Below are positions 1-9,925 of a stretch of 64,000 bases of DNA, piece by piece. Positions within the stretch are counted from its first letter, which is position 1, and each line of letters starts with the position of its first letter. This stretch comes from a virus. The stretch lies in IMG/VR virus record IMGVR_UViG_3300045988_098382; one strand, 5' to 3'. The notes under the pieces are model-generated. The model was not told where the DNA came from and ran no database searches. It saw only the letters and a list, made by a program, of their open reading frames with translations. The translations under genes and the position numbers were made by a program.

Positions 1-343
1 GTATATAGTTCTATCTCTAATAGCCCCATGCCTAGTTATTTGGATATAATGTTTACGACAATATGGGGTTCCCTCAAAAGAAGCCATTTTTAAATCTCCA
101 CAAATACTACATTTTTCTAAAGGCTTTTTGTGTTTTCTTTTAGAAGTATCGGTGATTTTACCATATTTATTTAATTGGTCATAGTGTTTTTCACAAACTA
201 TATAATCATTGAATCTTCTAAGTTTTCCTTCTCCTTTAGTACTTCCGCATACTTCACAGACACATTCATCTGGTATTCTTTTTCTTACTCTTTTTTCTTT
301 TATTAAATTTCTTACTTCTAAAATGTCTAATTTTTGTTCCATA
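1..343 (-). CDS. Partial (N-terminal) Zn-finger homing-endonuclease-like protein; the gene continues beyond the window start
   Basis: ATG at 343..341 on minus. Translation MEQKLDILEVRNLIKEKRV...CEVCG...CEKHY...CSICG...CRKHY has two CxxC..CxKHY zinc-finger repeats typical of HNH/NUMOD-type phage endonucleases. No stop before the window edge. Confidence 0.4.
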
Positions 344-600
344 AACTATAATTTTTATATTTACTGTTATAGAACAACTATAGACCCTCATCCTTGGGAA
401 TCAAAATTATTTTGTATATTATATTATTAACGGAGAAAATTCTTCGATTTTCTCTCTCTATGTTACCATAGAGTTCGGACTATTGCATATTTTAAATAAA
501 TTTATTTAAAATTCTCTTTATTTAGTCTCTCAGGCTGCCCATAATTGTAATAATTATTGCTTGCCCCTCGTTGTCCTTAATTTAAGGAGTTTCGAGTCAA

Positions 601-2370
601 TTAAAAGAGATTTATAGTACCCACACGTCTAGGCACTTGTTCAGTATTAAATTGGGCTATTTTAGTTTTATGTTTCTTATTCTGCTCTTTTATAGTACTA
701 AATATTAATCTACAGAATGTCTTATAATAAATATTATTATTACATTCCATTCCTAAGTATTCGGCAGCTTGATTTAAACCATTAATTCCAATAGTTAAAT
801 ACTGCTTATCAAGATTAATAAAACCGGCATCATAAGCAGCATATAAATGATGGTCTTTACACCAATGCATTAAGTCATTATAAGCATACTGATACAAATA
901 AACTCTTTCAAGAATATTTTCTATATATTTCTTAATTCCTTCTTGGAAGTCTTTATGTGTAATCCAATCTACTGGGAAACAACATTTATTGGTATTAATA
1001 TCAATATGGTCTCTATAATCAGACCAAGTATGTTGCCAATCTTGAATAATTCTGTTTAAATTAAGAGTGATGACATTCTTACTACCAGTCATTACACCTA
1101 TTTGACCATTAGTAGTATTAAATGTATTTTCTTGTACTGCATTTTGTAAACGACAACATGAACTTAAACTATCTACACTACGAGACAAATAAGTAAAGAA
1201 AGAATTTCCTTGAGCATATTCATTGCATATAAAATGGAAAGTATCTAAATCTTTAAAATTACCTTCCTTATCTGTTAAGCAAGCATAACTACATACAGGG
1301 AATGTTAAAATACATTTTAATCTTTCTTGGTTTAACCAATGTAAATAACGTCTTTGTAACCAATTAGTAGAATTCCATTCTGGCTTTGTTCCATCTGGAA
1401 ATACAAATTCTCCAAACATACCTTCAAAGAAATATTTATCAAAGAATGAAAAATTTGTAAATGGAGATTGCATTCCTCTAGCTCCTGCTATTTGATTAAT
1501 GGAATAAGTTACCTGTTGAAAATACTGATCAATTTGACTACCAATAGTTTTTTGTTTTATACAATAGTCTGTAGTTATTTTTACACTTGGTTTGAGATAA
1601 TAATTATTTCCCCATTCTTTTCTACAGAAATAATCCATATACATCAGAAACTCAGGAGTAGCTACTGCTCCTTTAATTTCAGAGGCTAATGCAAAGTTTA
1701 GATTTACATAAATACCACAGAATGAATCAAGATTCTTTGGAACGGCTGATTTACCTCCTAATTTTTCTAATCCAGATAACAAGAAAGGATACATAGAAGC
1801 TGCCATACAATATGGTTCTCCTACTTGAGAAGATGAATCATGAGGATACAAAATAGTTTTAAAATCATTCCTCATAACTTTTATATTAAAGTTAGGATCT
1901 CTCTTCTTTACAAAACTTTCCCACCATTCTGTATTAGTAAGTTTATTATCGACTTTATGTATTTCAGCGTTTAATACTCCAATGCCTTTAGTCCCTACAT
2001 TACTATTATCATCAATAGTAGCATTAGCAGTATTGTCAGACTTTACAAAATTATGAATAAATTCAATATCCCTAGTAGCATGATTTCTAATATCTTCACG
2101 TTCTTTACGATATAGAATATATTTTTTAGCTACGTCGTGGTATCCTAAATCCATTAAGAGTTCTTCAATTTGGTCTTGAATATCCTCAATAGATTGATCT
2201 TCAGTTTCTACTACAGAATTAGTTATCTCAGTAACTGCTCTGTAAGTATCTTCGTCCATTGTTTTACTAAAATTTTGGGTAATTCCAAAAGCTTTTAGTA
2301 CAGCATCTCTAATTTTGTTTCTGTTAAATTCTTCTTTAATTCCGTCTCTCTTTATTACCATAAATAACAT
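601..2370 (-). CDS. nrdD: Anaerobic ribonucleoside-triphosphate reductase (class III RNR, NrdD) with N-terminal ATP-cone. It appears to lack the C-terminal glycyl-radical motif.
   Basis: N-terminal VIKRDGIKEEFNRNKI ATP-cone. Motifs align to T4 NrdD: YPHDSS (like HVHDID), MQSPFTNFSF (like GQTPFVTITF), NVITLNLNRI (like LGVVTLNLPRI). Ends ...PRRVG-TINLF* exactly where RRxCGY is expected. Confidence 0.8.
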   Translation of the reverse strand: MLFMVIKRDGIKEEFNRNKIRDAVLKAFGITQNFSKTMDEDTYRAVTEITNSVVETEDQSIEDIQDQIEELLMDLGYHDVAKKYILYRKEREDIRNHATRDIEFIHNFVKSDNTANATIDDNSNVGTKGIGVLNAEIHKVDNKLTNTEWWESFVKKRDPNFNIKVMRNDFKTILYPHDSSSQVGEPYCMAASMYPFLLSGLEKLGGKSAVPKNLDSFCGIYVNLNFALASEIKGAVATPEFLMYMDYFCRKEWGNNYYLKPSVKITTDYCIKQKTIGSQIDQYFQQVTYSINQIAGARGMQSPFTNFSFFDKYFFEGMFGEFVFPDGTKPEWNSTNWLQRRYLHWLNQERLKCILTFPVCSYACLTDKEGNFKDLDTFHFICNEYAQGNSFFTYLSRSVDSLSSCCRLQNAVQENTFNTTNGQIGVMTGSKNVITLNLNRIIQDWQHTWSDYRDHIDINTNKCCFPVDWITHKDFQEGIKKYIENILERVYLYQYAYNDLMHWCKDHHLYAAYDAGFINLDKQYLTIGINGLNQAAEYLGMECNNNIYYKTFCRLIFSTIKEQNKKHKTKIAQFNTEQVPRRVGTINLF

Positions 2371-2467
2371 TTATAAATTAACATTTTAAATCATCTACGA
2401 AATAAGCACTATAATACTAGTACTGAACTAATAATATAGTGCTTATATAGTTATTTCAAAATATTAT

Positions 2468-3262
2468 TTACAAAGTTAAAATGCTGTTTACTAATAAAGT
2501 TTTTTCAACCTGATTCATAATATCCTTTTTCATAGAATCAGTTATAATTTGAGTGAATGCATTATATACAGTAAACATATTTGCGTTATCATCTGATATA
2601 AGATACGGGCTATCTTTTTTATCAAACAATAATTTATAAGCATCAATAGGAGTTGATGTAGCTAATTTTACTTTACCAAAACCATTATCAACAGATTCAG
2701 ACATACAATTACGAATCCATCTACCCAAATGTTCATTTACAAAACTTTTATTGGTATAGTCAAAATCTGTTTCTGCAAAACGTCTGAGAGTGACTCCTAT
2801 CTCTGTAGTTTGCTCCACAAGTCTTGTAATTGGTTTAAAATTAATTGGAGTCTCTGGCTCTATTTCATTAACTACTAAACTATCTGGATTAAATACACAA
2901 AGATTAGTACATGCAGAATTCAGAGCACCTGAATACATTTTTACAACAGCTTTTCTAGTGTCTAGACCATATACCATACCAATTACTTGCTGATGATTAG
3001 CATATTGATATTCATTTGGTAATACTGCTTCTAACCATACTCTATTAAAAGTTAAATCAGCAGTATCTATATCACCATTTTTATTATAAGTAATTTGATC
3101 AGGTAATTTTACATGTACTCTAATATCAGAAGTTAATTTTTGAACTCTTTCTAGAAAAGGCTCAATATATCCTCTAGTAGGAAGATAATCTTTACCTTTA
3201 ATACTAGTAGCTTTTCCTTCTAATACTTCTTCTAAAGTAAATTCAGTTGGCATTCTATCCAT
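2468..3262 (-). CDS. Hypothetical protein
   Basis: 264-aa ORF, co-oriented and tightly packed with neighbours. No recognisable motif. Confidence 0.5.
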   Translation of the reverse strand: MDRMPTEFTLEEVLEGKATSIKGKDYLPTRGYIEPFLERVQKLTSDIRVHVKLPDQITYNKNGDIDTADLTFNRVWLEAVLPNEYQYANHQQVIGMVYGLDTRKAVVKMYSGALNSACTNLCVFNPDSLVVNEIEPETPINFKPITRLVEQTTEIGVTLRRFAETDFDYTNKSFVNEHLGRWIRNCMSESVDNGFGKVKLATSTPIDAYKLLFDKKDSPYLISDDNANMFTVYNAFTQIITDSMKKDIMNQVEKTLLVNSILTL

Positions 3263-3472
3263 TGTATGTGAAAAACATTATGTTATCAATAATTTCTTTA
3301 TCTAATAATTTTTGTACTAAATTATGAGGAGTATCTTCCGCATAATTAACTTTATTTATATCTACACTAATAATATATATCCACTTACTCCCGTTATATA
3401 ATATTTGCCCACAGGGATATGAATTTTTATAGCAGATAAGTAGTGTTTTGTTATCTTTAGTAATGTCATTAG

Positions 3473-4093
3473 TTACCATCTTAATGTAGCGAGAAATTCT
3501 TCATCAGATACTTCTTCAAAGTCTCCGTCCCCATAAATAACATCTGAGATATTATATTTTACTATTTTAAACTCTGGCTTGCCATGGCTATGCCAATATT
3601 CTGTAACATGTTTTGCATTACAATTAGGACTAGGACCTAATGCAATACTACAAGAAAATTTATTAGTTTCATAGCAATGTCCTTTATAAAAGTTTTGACA
3701 TTTCTTTATATAGTCAATAATAGTATTAACTTCTCCTGGGCAAGTAAGAACTTCTTTTAGTGGGAGAACTTTTTTATAATCTCTATAAGCAGGTTTATCA
3801 GGAGTAGCTTCTTTATAGTCATCTTCTACGCCTCCTTCTAAGAGTTGCTTAATTAATATTTCAAAAGTATCATCCCAAGTATCATTAATACCATATGCAT
3901 TCATATAAGTGTTTCTTATATAATTAAAATTATCTTGAGATAAATAATGTCTGGCATATAAAGGATCTTTCTCACTATCTTTAAATCCATTCTTAATAAG
4001 CTCATCCAAATCTATAGAAGGCTGAGCCCATCTATACATTTCAACAAAACACTTATGTAAAGCTTCCTTTAAAACGTCTTCTCTGCTAATCAT
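3473..4093 (-). CDS. Hypothetical protein
   Basis: 206-aa ORF. ATGA-type overlap with the upstream gene. Confidence 0.5.
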   Translation of the reverse strand: MISREDVLKEALHKCFVEMYRWAQPSIDLDELIKNGFKDSEKDPLYARHYLSQDNFNYIRNTYMNAYGINDTWDDTFEILIKQLLEGGVEDDYKEATPDKPAYRDYKKVLPLKEVLTCPGEVNTIIDYIKKCQNFYKGHCYETNKFSCSIALGPSPNCNAKHVTEYWHSHGKPEFKIVKYNISDVIYGDGDFEEVSDEEFLATLRW

Positions 4094-4370
4094 TGTCGTT
4101 AGTATAAAATTCTAATAATCTAAAATTATCTGCTATATGTTTAGTATCTATTAATTCGGTAATTAATTCTAATAATGTATCTTTAAATGTATCAAATTGA
4201 GCATTATCTATATTGTCGCAAAAATACCACATTTCAGTATCTGAACAATATGAAATTCTTCCAACAGCCATACCTTCTTTATAAGCGATAATTATACCTT
4301 TATAATTACCAGTAATAGCTGCTAAATCTATAGTAGTATCACTACTTTTAGGAATATTAATATATTTCAT
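4086..4370 (-). CDS. Hypothetical protein, tandem paralog 1
   Basis: 94 aa. Shares I.LP.TSD..ID..AI...GII.AYK..P.G.I.Y.DD..EW.Y.D.I with the adjacent ORF. Confidence 0.5.
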   Translation of the reverse strand: MKYINIPKSSDTTIDLAAITGNYKGIIIAYKEGMAVGRISYCSDTEMWYFCDNIDNAQFDTFKDTLLELITELIDTKHIADNFRLLEFYTNDND

Positions 4371-4636
4371 TGTCCAAAATCGACTAATTTAAAACTATCA
4401 GCATAATTACTTGATATTACGTTTCTTAATAAATATAATAAATTTTCATCTCGTTTATAACTACAATTTATAGTAATATCATCTAAGTATACCCACTCAT
4501 TATTGTCATCATCATATCCAATAAATCCTATTGGTTTATTACCTTTGTATGCTAAGATAATACCTTCAGTATCTGTATCTATAGCAGAGATGTCTATAGA
4601 TTTATCAGATGTTTCTGGAAGTTTTATGTCTCTCAT
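4367..4636 (-). CDS. Hypothetical protein, tandem paralog 2
   Basis: 89 aa. Paralogous to 4086..4370. 4-nt overlap. Confidence 0.5.
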   Translation of the reverse strand: MRDIKLPETSDKSIDISAIDTDTEGIILAYKGNKPIGFIGYDDDNNEWVYLDDITINCSYKRDENLLYLLRNVISSNYADSFKLVDFGQ

Positions 4637-6162
4637 TAATTATTTCCTTTAATAGTTCCCATCAAAATATCTTTATCTTTTACGATAGTATAATTAATAC
4701 TCCATTTAGTATGTCCAAAATTAGCTGTAATATAATTACTACTACCATACATACTACCTACTGAAATATAATCAAACTGTTTACCAGTAGTATAAGCATA
4801 ATTATGTAAATCACCTTTTATTACATAAATATGAGGACTACATATACCTTTTTCTGCTATATAATTAGCAAAGAATAATTCAGTCTGAGGATTTAAAGTA
4901 AGAGGAAGTTGTCTAGTCTGAGAATTATTATCTTTACCATGAGCATATAGGAATTGATGATCTCCAATGATAAAATTATCAATAGGATAGTTACTAATAT
5001 AACTCTTAACATTATATTTAGTTAAATATGCAGCTAATAGTTTTTGATTTAACCATTCAAAATCCCCACCATGATTAGATTCTCCTATAGAGAGATAATT
5101 AAAATCTTTACTTTTTACTTTTACTGTAAGAGTAGCAAAGAATTCCATCATACACTCTATAAATGCTTCACTAATTTCTTTATTATCAAGAATCTCAGGA
5201 AGTTCATGACCTCCTCTAGTAGTTTCTTTATTAAATCCATCAATAGAATCTCCAAGATTAACTACATATACAGAATGATATTCTTGTCCTATAAAAGATT
5301 CCACAATTCTAGATAATCTAGATTTAATTTCTGGAACATCATAAGAAGGTAACTGTACAAAACTACTATACTTAGCATTATAAGCTCCGATATGTAAATC
5401 AGATAGCCATATAATTAAATCAGGATATTTTGCTTCTTTATTATTAATATTTACTGGAAGTTCTTTATAATCCTTTACTGTATTTTTAATAGTAGTTTCT
5501 ATAAGTTCCTTATTTAAAGACTTAGAAGTTTCCTTAGTTAATTTAGTAACTAAAGCTCTTAAATCCTTTACTTCATCTTTCTCTATTCTTTTTAAGAAAT
5601 CATTCTCTTTTTCTCTAAGATGCATTTCTTTTAATTCATCCTCAGTATATTCTTCATACATATGAGGAGCAAATGGAGAAGATGCTTTAGTAATATTAAA
5701 AGCTCGTAAAATTCTTTTAAAGTCAATAAGAGAATAGTCTGGGAAATATCTGCTGACAATCTGCTGGGTTAAACCAGAACCGTAATAGGTATACATTCTA
5801 TATACACTATTCATTTCATTTCTAGTAAAGACTCCTGTGATTGCGGGCTTATTTCTTCTGAAAATCTCAAACTTATATCCAGTAATTTTACCAGTCTCTT
5901 CGTCTCTTATTTCCCAAGTATTAGAAGCATCATCTGTATCTTTCTTTACTTCTTTTTTCTTAGTATTCTTTAGTCTGTCATATAATTCCAATATCTTCTT
6001 ATCATCTTCATCTTTATTTTCCTTCTTTCTAAGATTTCTTATTGTCATATATACAGTATTTATGTTTTTTCCTGATATAGTACACTGAGCTTTTAAAGAA
6101 CGATTATTATTAATTGCATCATTAAAGAACTTAATATAAGAAGATTTTGTTGCTTGTTTCAT
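4636..6162 (-). CDS. Calcineurin-like metallophosphoesterase (Mre11/SbcD-like fold) with a basic N-terminal extension
   Basis: Motifs LSDLHIG (DxH), NLGDSIDG (GDxxD) and GESNHGG (GNH) in order. Confidence 0.65.
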   Translation of the reverse strand: MKQATKSSYIKFFNDAINNNRSLKAQCTISGKNINTVYMTIRNLRKKENKDEDDKKILELYDRLKNTKKKEVKKDTDDASNTWEIRDEETGKITGYKFEIFRRNKPAITGVFTRNEMNSVYRMYTYYGSGLTQQIVSRYFPDYSLIDFKRILRAFNITKASSPFAPHMYEEYTEDELKEMHLREKENDFLKRIEKDEVKDLRALVTKLTKETSKSLNKELIETTIKNTVKDYKELPVNINNKEAKYPDLIIWLSDLHIGAYNAKYSSFVQLPSYDVPEIKSRLSRIVESFIGQEYHSVYVVNLGDSIDGFNKETTRGGHELPEILDNKEISEAFIECMMEFFATLTVKVKSKDFNYLSIGESNHGGDFEWLNQKLLAAYLTKYNVKSYISNYPIDNFIIGDHQFLYAHGKDNNSQTRQLPLTLNPQTELFFANYIAEKGICSPHIYVIKGDLHNYAYTTGKQFDYISVGSMYGSSNYITANFGHTKWSINYTIVKDKDILMGTIKGNN

Positions 6163-6240
6163 ACTTTTTTAAAAATTAGATAGCTGTTACGCCTTTATAA
6201 ATAAAAGTATCTAGTAAAATAAAGGTATCTAAATTAAAAA

Positions 6241-6275
6241 AGGCAGATACTCTCGCGAGCACCTGCCTTACTTCT
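6241..6275 (-). terminator. Rho-independent terminator
   Basis: AAGGCAGGUGCUCGCGAGAGUAUCUGCCUU hairpin followed by UUUU on the minus strand. Confidence 0.6.
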
Positions 6276-6293
6276 AAAAGTTATGGGATAAAA

Positions 6294-6974
6294 TTAAAAT
6301 TCCAAACCAAAGAACATATAGCGACCATTCTTAGTACTCTTAGATGGAGTATAAGTTACAGTAGCTACTACTGGGTCAGAACCAATAGACTCCTTACCCT
6401 GAACGATATCGATCTGACCCTTAAAGCCCTTCTTAATAAGCTCCTTAGCCATTTCCTTAGCCGCAGTCTTAGTAGGACGAATAACCTTTGTATCTGGCTC
6501 AACACGACCAGTATCGTTACCATCCTTATCAAGAATTGGCTCGCCAGCCTTCTCGTTCTTTACACGCTCAGACTTCAAAGTCTTCAGTACTTCCTTTGTA
6601 TCGTGGTCTACCAAATCAAACTTTTTCTGAGTATCACGCTTACCCTCAGTCTTAATATCAACAACCTTCCAAGGACGCTCACGTGTACTTACAACAGCGC
6701 TAGAAAGAGTTACAATGAAACCACTACCAGGAGCATTCTTAGTCTTTTTCTTCAAATACTCCAGCTTAAATTCCTTCTCATCATTAGAAGTTACTTTAGC
6801 ATTTCTCTCATGGAACTTCTTCCATGCCTGTGTTGCATCACCATTAATATGGAAATTCTCTTTCTCTACCTGTGCTACTGCTGCTTCCTTTGTTTCTGCA
6901 CTTACTTCAAAACTCTTAAAATTAAAAATTTCACTCATTTTCAAAAATATATTAACATTAATTCTTATTACCAA
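6294..6974 (-). CDS. Hypothetical Lys-rich protein with GC-enriched codon usage, probably highly expressed. Likely true start at 6938 (MSEIFNF...).
   Basis: Local GC clearly above background. Upstream -33 TTTG / -7 TATTTTTG-like element. Followed by a strong hairpin + T-run terminator at 6241-6275. Confidence 0.55.
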   Translation of the reverse strand: MVIRINVNIFLKMSEIFNFKSFEVSAETKEAAVAQVEKENFHINGDATQAWKKFHERNAKVTSNDEKEFKLEYLKKKTKNAPGSGFIVTLSSAVVSTRERPWKVVDIKTEGKRDTQKKFDLVDHDTKEVLKTLKSERVKNEKAGEPILDKDGNDTGRVEPDTKVIRPTKTAAKEMAKELIKKGFKGQIDIVQGKESIGSDPVVATVTYTPSKSTKNGRYMFFGLEF

Positions 6975-6985
6975 ATCATCTGCGA
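6939..6985 (-). promoter_or_regulatory. Bacteroidota-type sigma-A promoter (-33 TTTG / -7 TAnnTTTG) immediately upstream of the GC-rich gene
   Basis: Minus-strand reading: gaTTTGgtaataagaattaatgttaaTATTTTTGaaaATG. Confidence 0.35.
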
Positions 6986-7066
6986 TGTTTTTTCTTTATC
7001 TTTGTAATGCTAATATAATCTATATTTTTTGCCTCCAAAAAGAAAATTATAAAAAAATTAATTTTT

Positions 7067-7426
7067 TTAGAATGGAAGAAATTTCCCCATTAATTCTCTT
7101 ATTTTTGTTGGCATATCTTTTGGTTGCACGCCAAATGTTGGAAAATCGGTACATCCATATGAAAAATCTTCAGTGATGATAGCAATAGCTTGTATTGTAT
7201 CTTCATCAAGACCTGTTTTTTCTGCTAATTTAGCAGTTACTTCATAATAAGTAACTCCAGGTTTTTTCTTTTTCATAGAATTTACCATATATCCAAGTAA
7301 CGATATAAGTGCAAATTTTAAATTTATACTTTCCCCTAAAGACCCTAAACTAAAGTATTTACGATATAAATCGGAAAGTTTAGTATAATCAGGTCTCTTG
7401 AGTAATTCCGAATCCCTCATAACCAT
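7067..7426 (-). CDS. Hypothetical protein
   Basis: 119-aa ORF. Confidence 0.45.
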   Translation of the reverse strand: MVMRDSELLKRPDYTKLSDLYRKYFSLGSLGESINLKFALISLLGYMVNSMKKKKPGVTYYEVTAKLAEKTGLDEDTIQAIAIITEDFSYGCTDFPTFGVQPKDMPTKIRELMGKFLPF

Positions 7427-8435
7427 GCATACAATAGAATGCTACTAATTTAAGAAGGTGAGTAAACTCTTTAAATCCTTTATTAAAAAGTTCTCTAGTC
7501 ATAGGAACTACTTTAGTATTAAAATTTGGAATAGTTTCTACTACTAAGAAATTACTTCTAATTTTAGGATTCTCAATGTTATAATTCTTCTTAGCAGCCA
7601 TAGTTAATAACCAACTATATAAAGCCATTTCTCTATAATAGTGATAGTCAATAAGAGCTCCTTTAGCAAAGTTATTTATTAAATCTCCTGTGGTTTTTAA
7701 ATCATTTACAGTGATTATTCCTTCTTCTTTATCTATACTATAATTATCAAGTTTAGACTTAATTTTTAGTATAAAAGGTTTATGCCCTGGAGCCTCCACT
7801 AAAACATCTATAAGGAAAGCTATTTCATTACCAATAATTGGTTGTTCTAGTAATCCTTCAGGATTTAATAGAGATTGAACTTGTGTATCACTATTTAAAG
7901 CTTCTAAACATATTTTTAGTTTAGCGTGATTTTTAGGGTCTGTAAATATTGGTGTTCTAGTATCATTATTTTCTTCTTCAAAAGCTTTTCTATCACACCA
8001 ATATTGAGCACAGTCTACTAACACTTTTTCCATCTTTTTATCCGACATTTTATCTTTATAATAATCACACTTATCAGATGCTTCTAATATAATATCGTTA
8101 GTAACATTGATACCTTGTGTTTTCTTATAAATATAATCTGCCATTGATCCCATTTTAGCAGTAGGTCTGCTAACGTCTGTTAGAAAAAAGTCATTAGGCT
8201 GTAAAACTAAAGTATGTAACCAACTACCAAACTTTAAGCTAGCGGTGTTTAACTTAGTCTTACCCCAATTATCGAAGAACTCTGTTGGAGAACCATCTTG
8301 ATCTGGATTTATTTTAGATAATCTAGAGTTTGAGATATAATTATTATACTTTTCTGAGAAATAAGTATCATCATCAATATCTTCAACTCTTAAAGTCTCT
8401 ATTAGAGGTTTAATAGAAATTTGACTTAATTTCAC
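7389..8435 (-). CDS. Putative PD-(D/E)xK family nuclease (YqaJ/Cas4/RecB-like)
   Basis: ITVNDLKTT (D-x-K) followed by conserved Y/H/Y residues. 348 aa. Confidence 0.45.
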   Translation of the reverse strand: MKLSQISIKPLIETLRVEDIDDDTYFSEKYNNYISNSRLSKINPDQDGSPTEFFDNWGKTKLNTASLKFGSWLHTLVLQPNDFFLTDVSRPTAKMGSMADYIYKKTQGINVTNDIILEASDKCDYYKDKMSDKKMEKVLVDCAQYWCDRKAFEEENNDTRTPIFTDPKNHAKLKICLEALNSDTQVQSLLNPEGLLEQPIIGNEIAFLIDVLVEAPGHKPFILKIKSKLDNYSIDKEEGIITVNDLKTTGDLINNFAKGALIDYHYYREMALYSWLLTMAAKKNYNIENPKIRSNFLVVETIPNFNTKVVPMTRELFNKGFKEFTHLLKLVAFYCMHGYEGFGITQET

Positions 8436-8946
8436 GTAAATAATTATTAAAGTCTTCCGACTCTTTTATACATTCATACCCATATTCTATCTCTTCTTTA
8501 TCTAAACTATAAATCTTACCATAAGGACCCCATTTTTCATTAGATTCAGAAGCTATTAATAAGCAAGGTAATCCTGCTAGATTCATCTGAATAAAATTAC
8601 TAATAGAATCATCAATGAAAATATCAACTCTACCTTTTATATATCGAGCTTTATTAGCACGCTGGCATAAGACTTGATAAATAGGTTTACTAGGATAACC
8701 ATTATTCTTTAGCCATGTTTTACTATAGTCTTTATTACATACTCTTTTAGTACAATATAATTCAGGTATAAAGTTTATTTTATTTTTTACTGGAAGATTT
8801 ACCCACCATTCTCTGTCTTTTATTAAAACTTGTTGTACATTTTTTGTTATTTCTCCATCAGACTTAGGATATCCAAATCTTTTTAAATATGGATTCATAA
8901 ACTCATTTAATGTATCATCTAAATCTAAACCAATTCTTAATTTCAT
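8410..8946 (-). CDS. 5'(3')-deoxyribonucleotidase (HAD superfamily, NT5C-like)
   Basis: N-terminal MKLRIGLDLDDTL HAD motif I. Size and downstream motifs typical of dNMP nucleotidases. Confidence 0.75.
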   Translation of the reverse strand: MKLRIGLDLDDTLNEFMNPYLKRFGYPKSDGEITKNVQQVLIKDREWWVNLPVKNKINFIPELYCTKRVCNKDYSKTWLKNNGYPSKPIYQVLCQRANKARYIKGRVDIFIDDSISNFIQMNLAGLPCLLIASESNEKWGPYGKIYSLDKEEIEYGYECIKESEDFNNYLREIKSNFY

Positions 8947-9188
8947 AGATTAAATAATTCCTCAATATCTCTTATATATGTTACCCCAATACCTTTCTTA
9001 GCCAATTCAGCTCTGATATTTATCCAGCTATCATTGTTATCAAGAATAGCATATGTATCATCGTCTAAATTTAAGTACTTATCAACTTCTTCTTTAGCCT
9101 TTTCAACGGCTTCTTCATATGAAGATGCTGTTAACTTATGAAGTTTATTTTTATTACTCTGACAAATTGCAAAAATATAATTATTCAT
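8943..9188 (-). CDS. Hypothetical protein
   Basis: 81-aa ORF. Confidence 0.4.
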   Translation of the reverse strand: MNNYIFAICQSNKNKLHKLTASSYEEAVEKAKEEVDKYLNLDDDTYAILDNNDSWINIRAELAKKGIGVTYIRDIEELFNL

Positions 9189-9373
9189 TTGGTATTGTTA
9201 TATATAATTATCATTATAATAATAAATAATATCATCATAGTGATTGGAAGTGATAAAAATATCATCACTGCTAATGTTATCCAACTCCATAATAATATTC
9301 CAGAAATCTTAAGTAAAATTAATATTATACTTATTATAAAATCTATTACTATTAAGGTTAATAGCTCTCTCAT
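9185..9373 (-). CDS. Small hydrophobic membrane protein
   Basis: 62 aa, two predicted TM segments. Confidence 0.35.
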   Translation of the reverse strand: MRELLTLIVIDFIISIILILLKISGILLWSWITLAVMIFLSLPITMMILFIIIMIIIYNNTK

Positions 9374-9879
9374 ATTAAATTATTACTTTTAGAATAACAT
9401 TCTAATAAAGTATAAAAGAAATCCATAGGAACCATTGCTATTGCTCCTGGACTAACACTACCTTCTGTCGGAGCTTTCTTCCAACATAGTACAAATGACT
9501 TATCCTTATATGGACAAGCATCTTCTATCTTAAAATATGCTGGAGTATTAGCAGTATGTTTTGCTTGAATATTTATAGGTAATTTTCCAGACCTATCAAT
9601 TATATCAACTTTATTATTATCTGTAAACTTACTTTCTCCTCTAGCGCTTACACATTCAGTATACCCCATATCTCTAAGATGATGAATTATATCTGCTTCC
9701 CATGCACTTCCTTTATTTCTAGATTTTTTAGCTTGATAACTCTTCTTAGTATGACTATCTATCCATTCATATAAAGTGCCATCAGCCATTTTTCCAGATT
9801 TATTACATCTAATTTTAAGAGCTGCTTGACTTATTTTAGTTTTTTCAGAGCATTCCTCTATAGATGTATAATCGTGCAC
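9370..9879 (-). CDS. Putative Holliday-junction resolvase-like nuclease (Hjc/RecU-like PD-(D/E)xK)
   Basis: KGSAWEADIIHHLRDMGY...RGESKF...KVDIID...IQAKH resembles the Hjc core (KGSxFEREL..L...GF...R..GS...DLVA..EVK). Confidence 0.35.
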   Translation of the reverse strand: MHDYTSIEECSEKTKISQAALKIRCNKSGKMADGTLYEWIDSHTKKSYQAKKSRNKGSAWEADIIHHLRDMGYTECVSARGESKFTDNNKVDIIDRSGKLPINIQAKHTANTPAYFKIEDACPYKDKSFVLCWKKAPTEGSVSPGAIAMVPMDFFYTLLECYSKSNNLI

Positions 9880-9925
9880 ATCGCCATTCTTATATGTTAT
9901 TCTAATAGCAGTATTCAGATTCTAA

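Noticed and set aside
209-430. Plus-strand ORF of 73 aa from the track
   Set aside because: Lies antisense to the well-supported minus-strand Zn-finger endonuclease gene and has low-complexity composition. Likely spurious.
601-2370. Expected C-terminal CxxC...CxxC zinc ribbon of NrdD
   Set aside because: Not present before the stop. Rather than calling the gene a pseudogene, the truncation at the glycyl-radical motif plus a downstream endonuclease gene is more consistent with an intron/split gene whose second exon is outside the window.
9138-9392. Plus-strand 84-aa ORF and other short plus-strand ORFs inside minus-strand genes (1468..1689, 2790..2993, 5071..5316, 5837..6088, 6603..7176, 15553..15906, 16376..16744, 31634..32047, etc.)
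   Set aside because: All are antisense to longer, motif-supported minus-strand genes and are Ile/Leu/Ser/Phe-rich as expected for AT-rich antisense frames.
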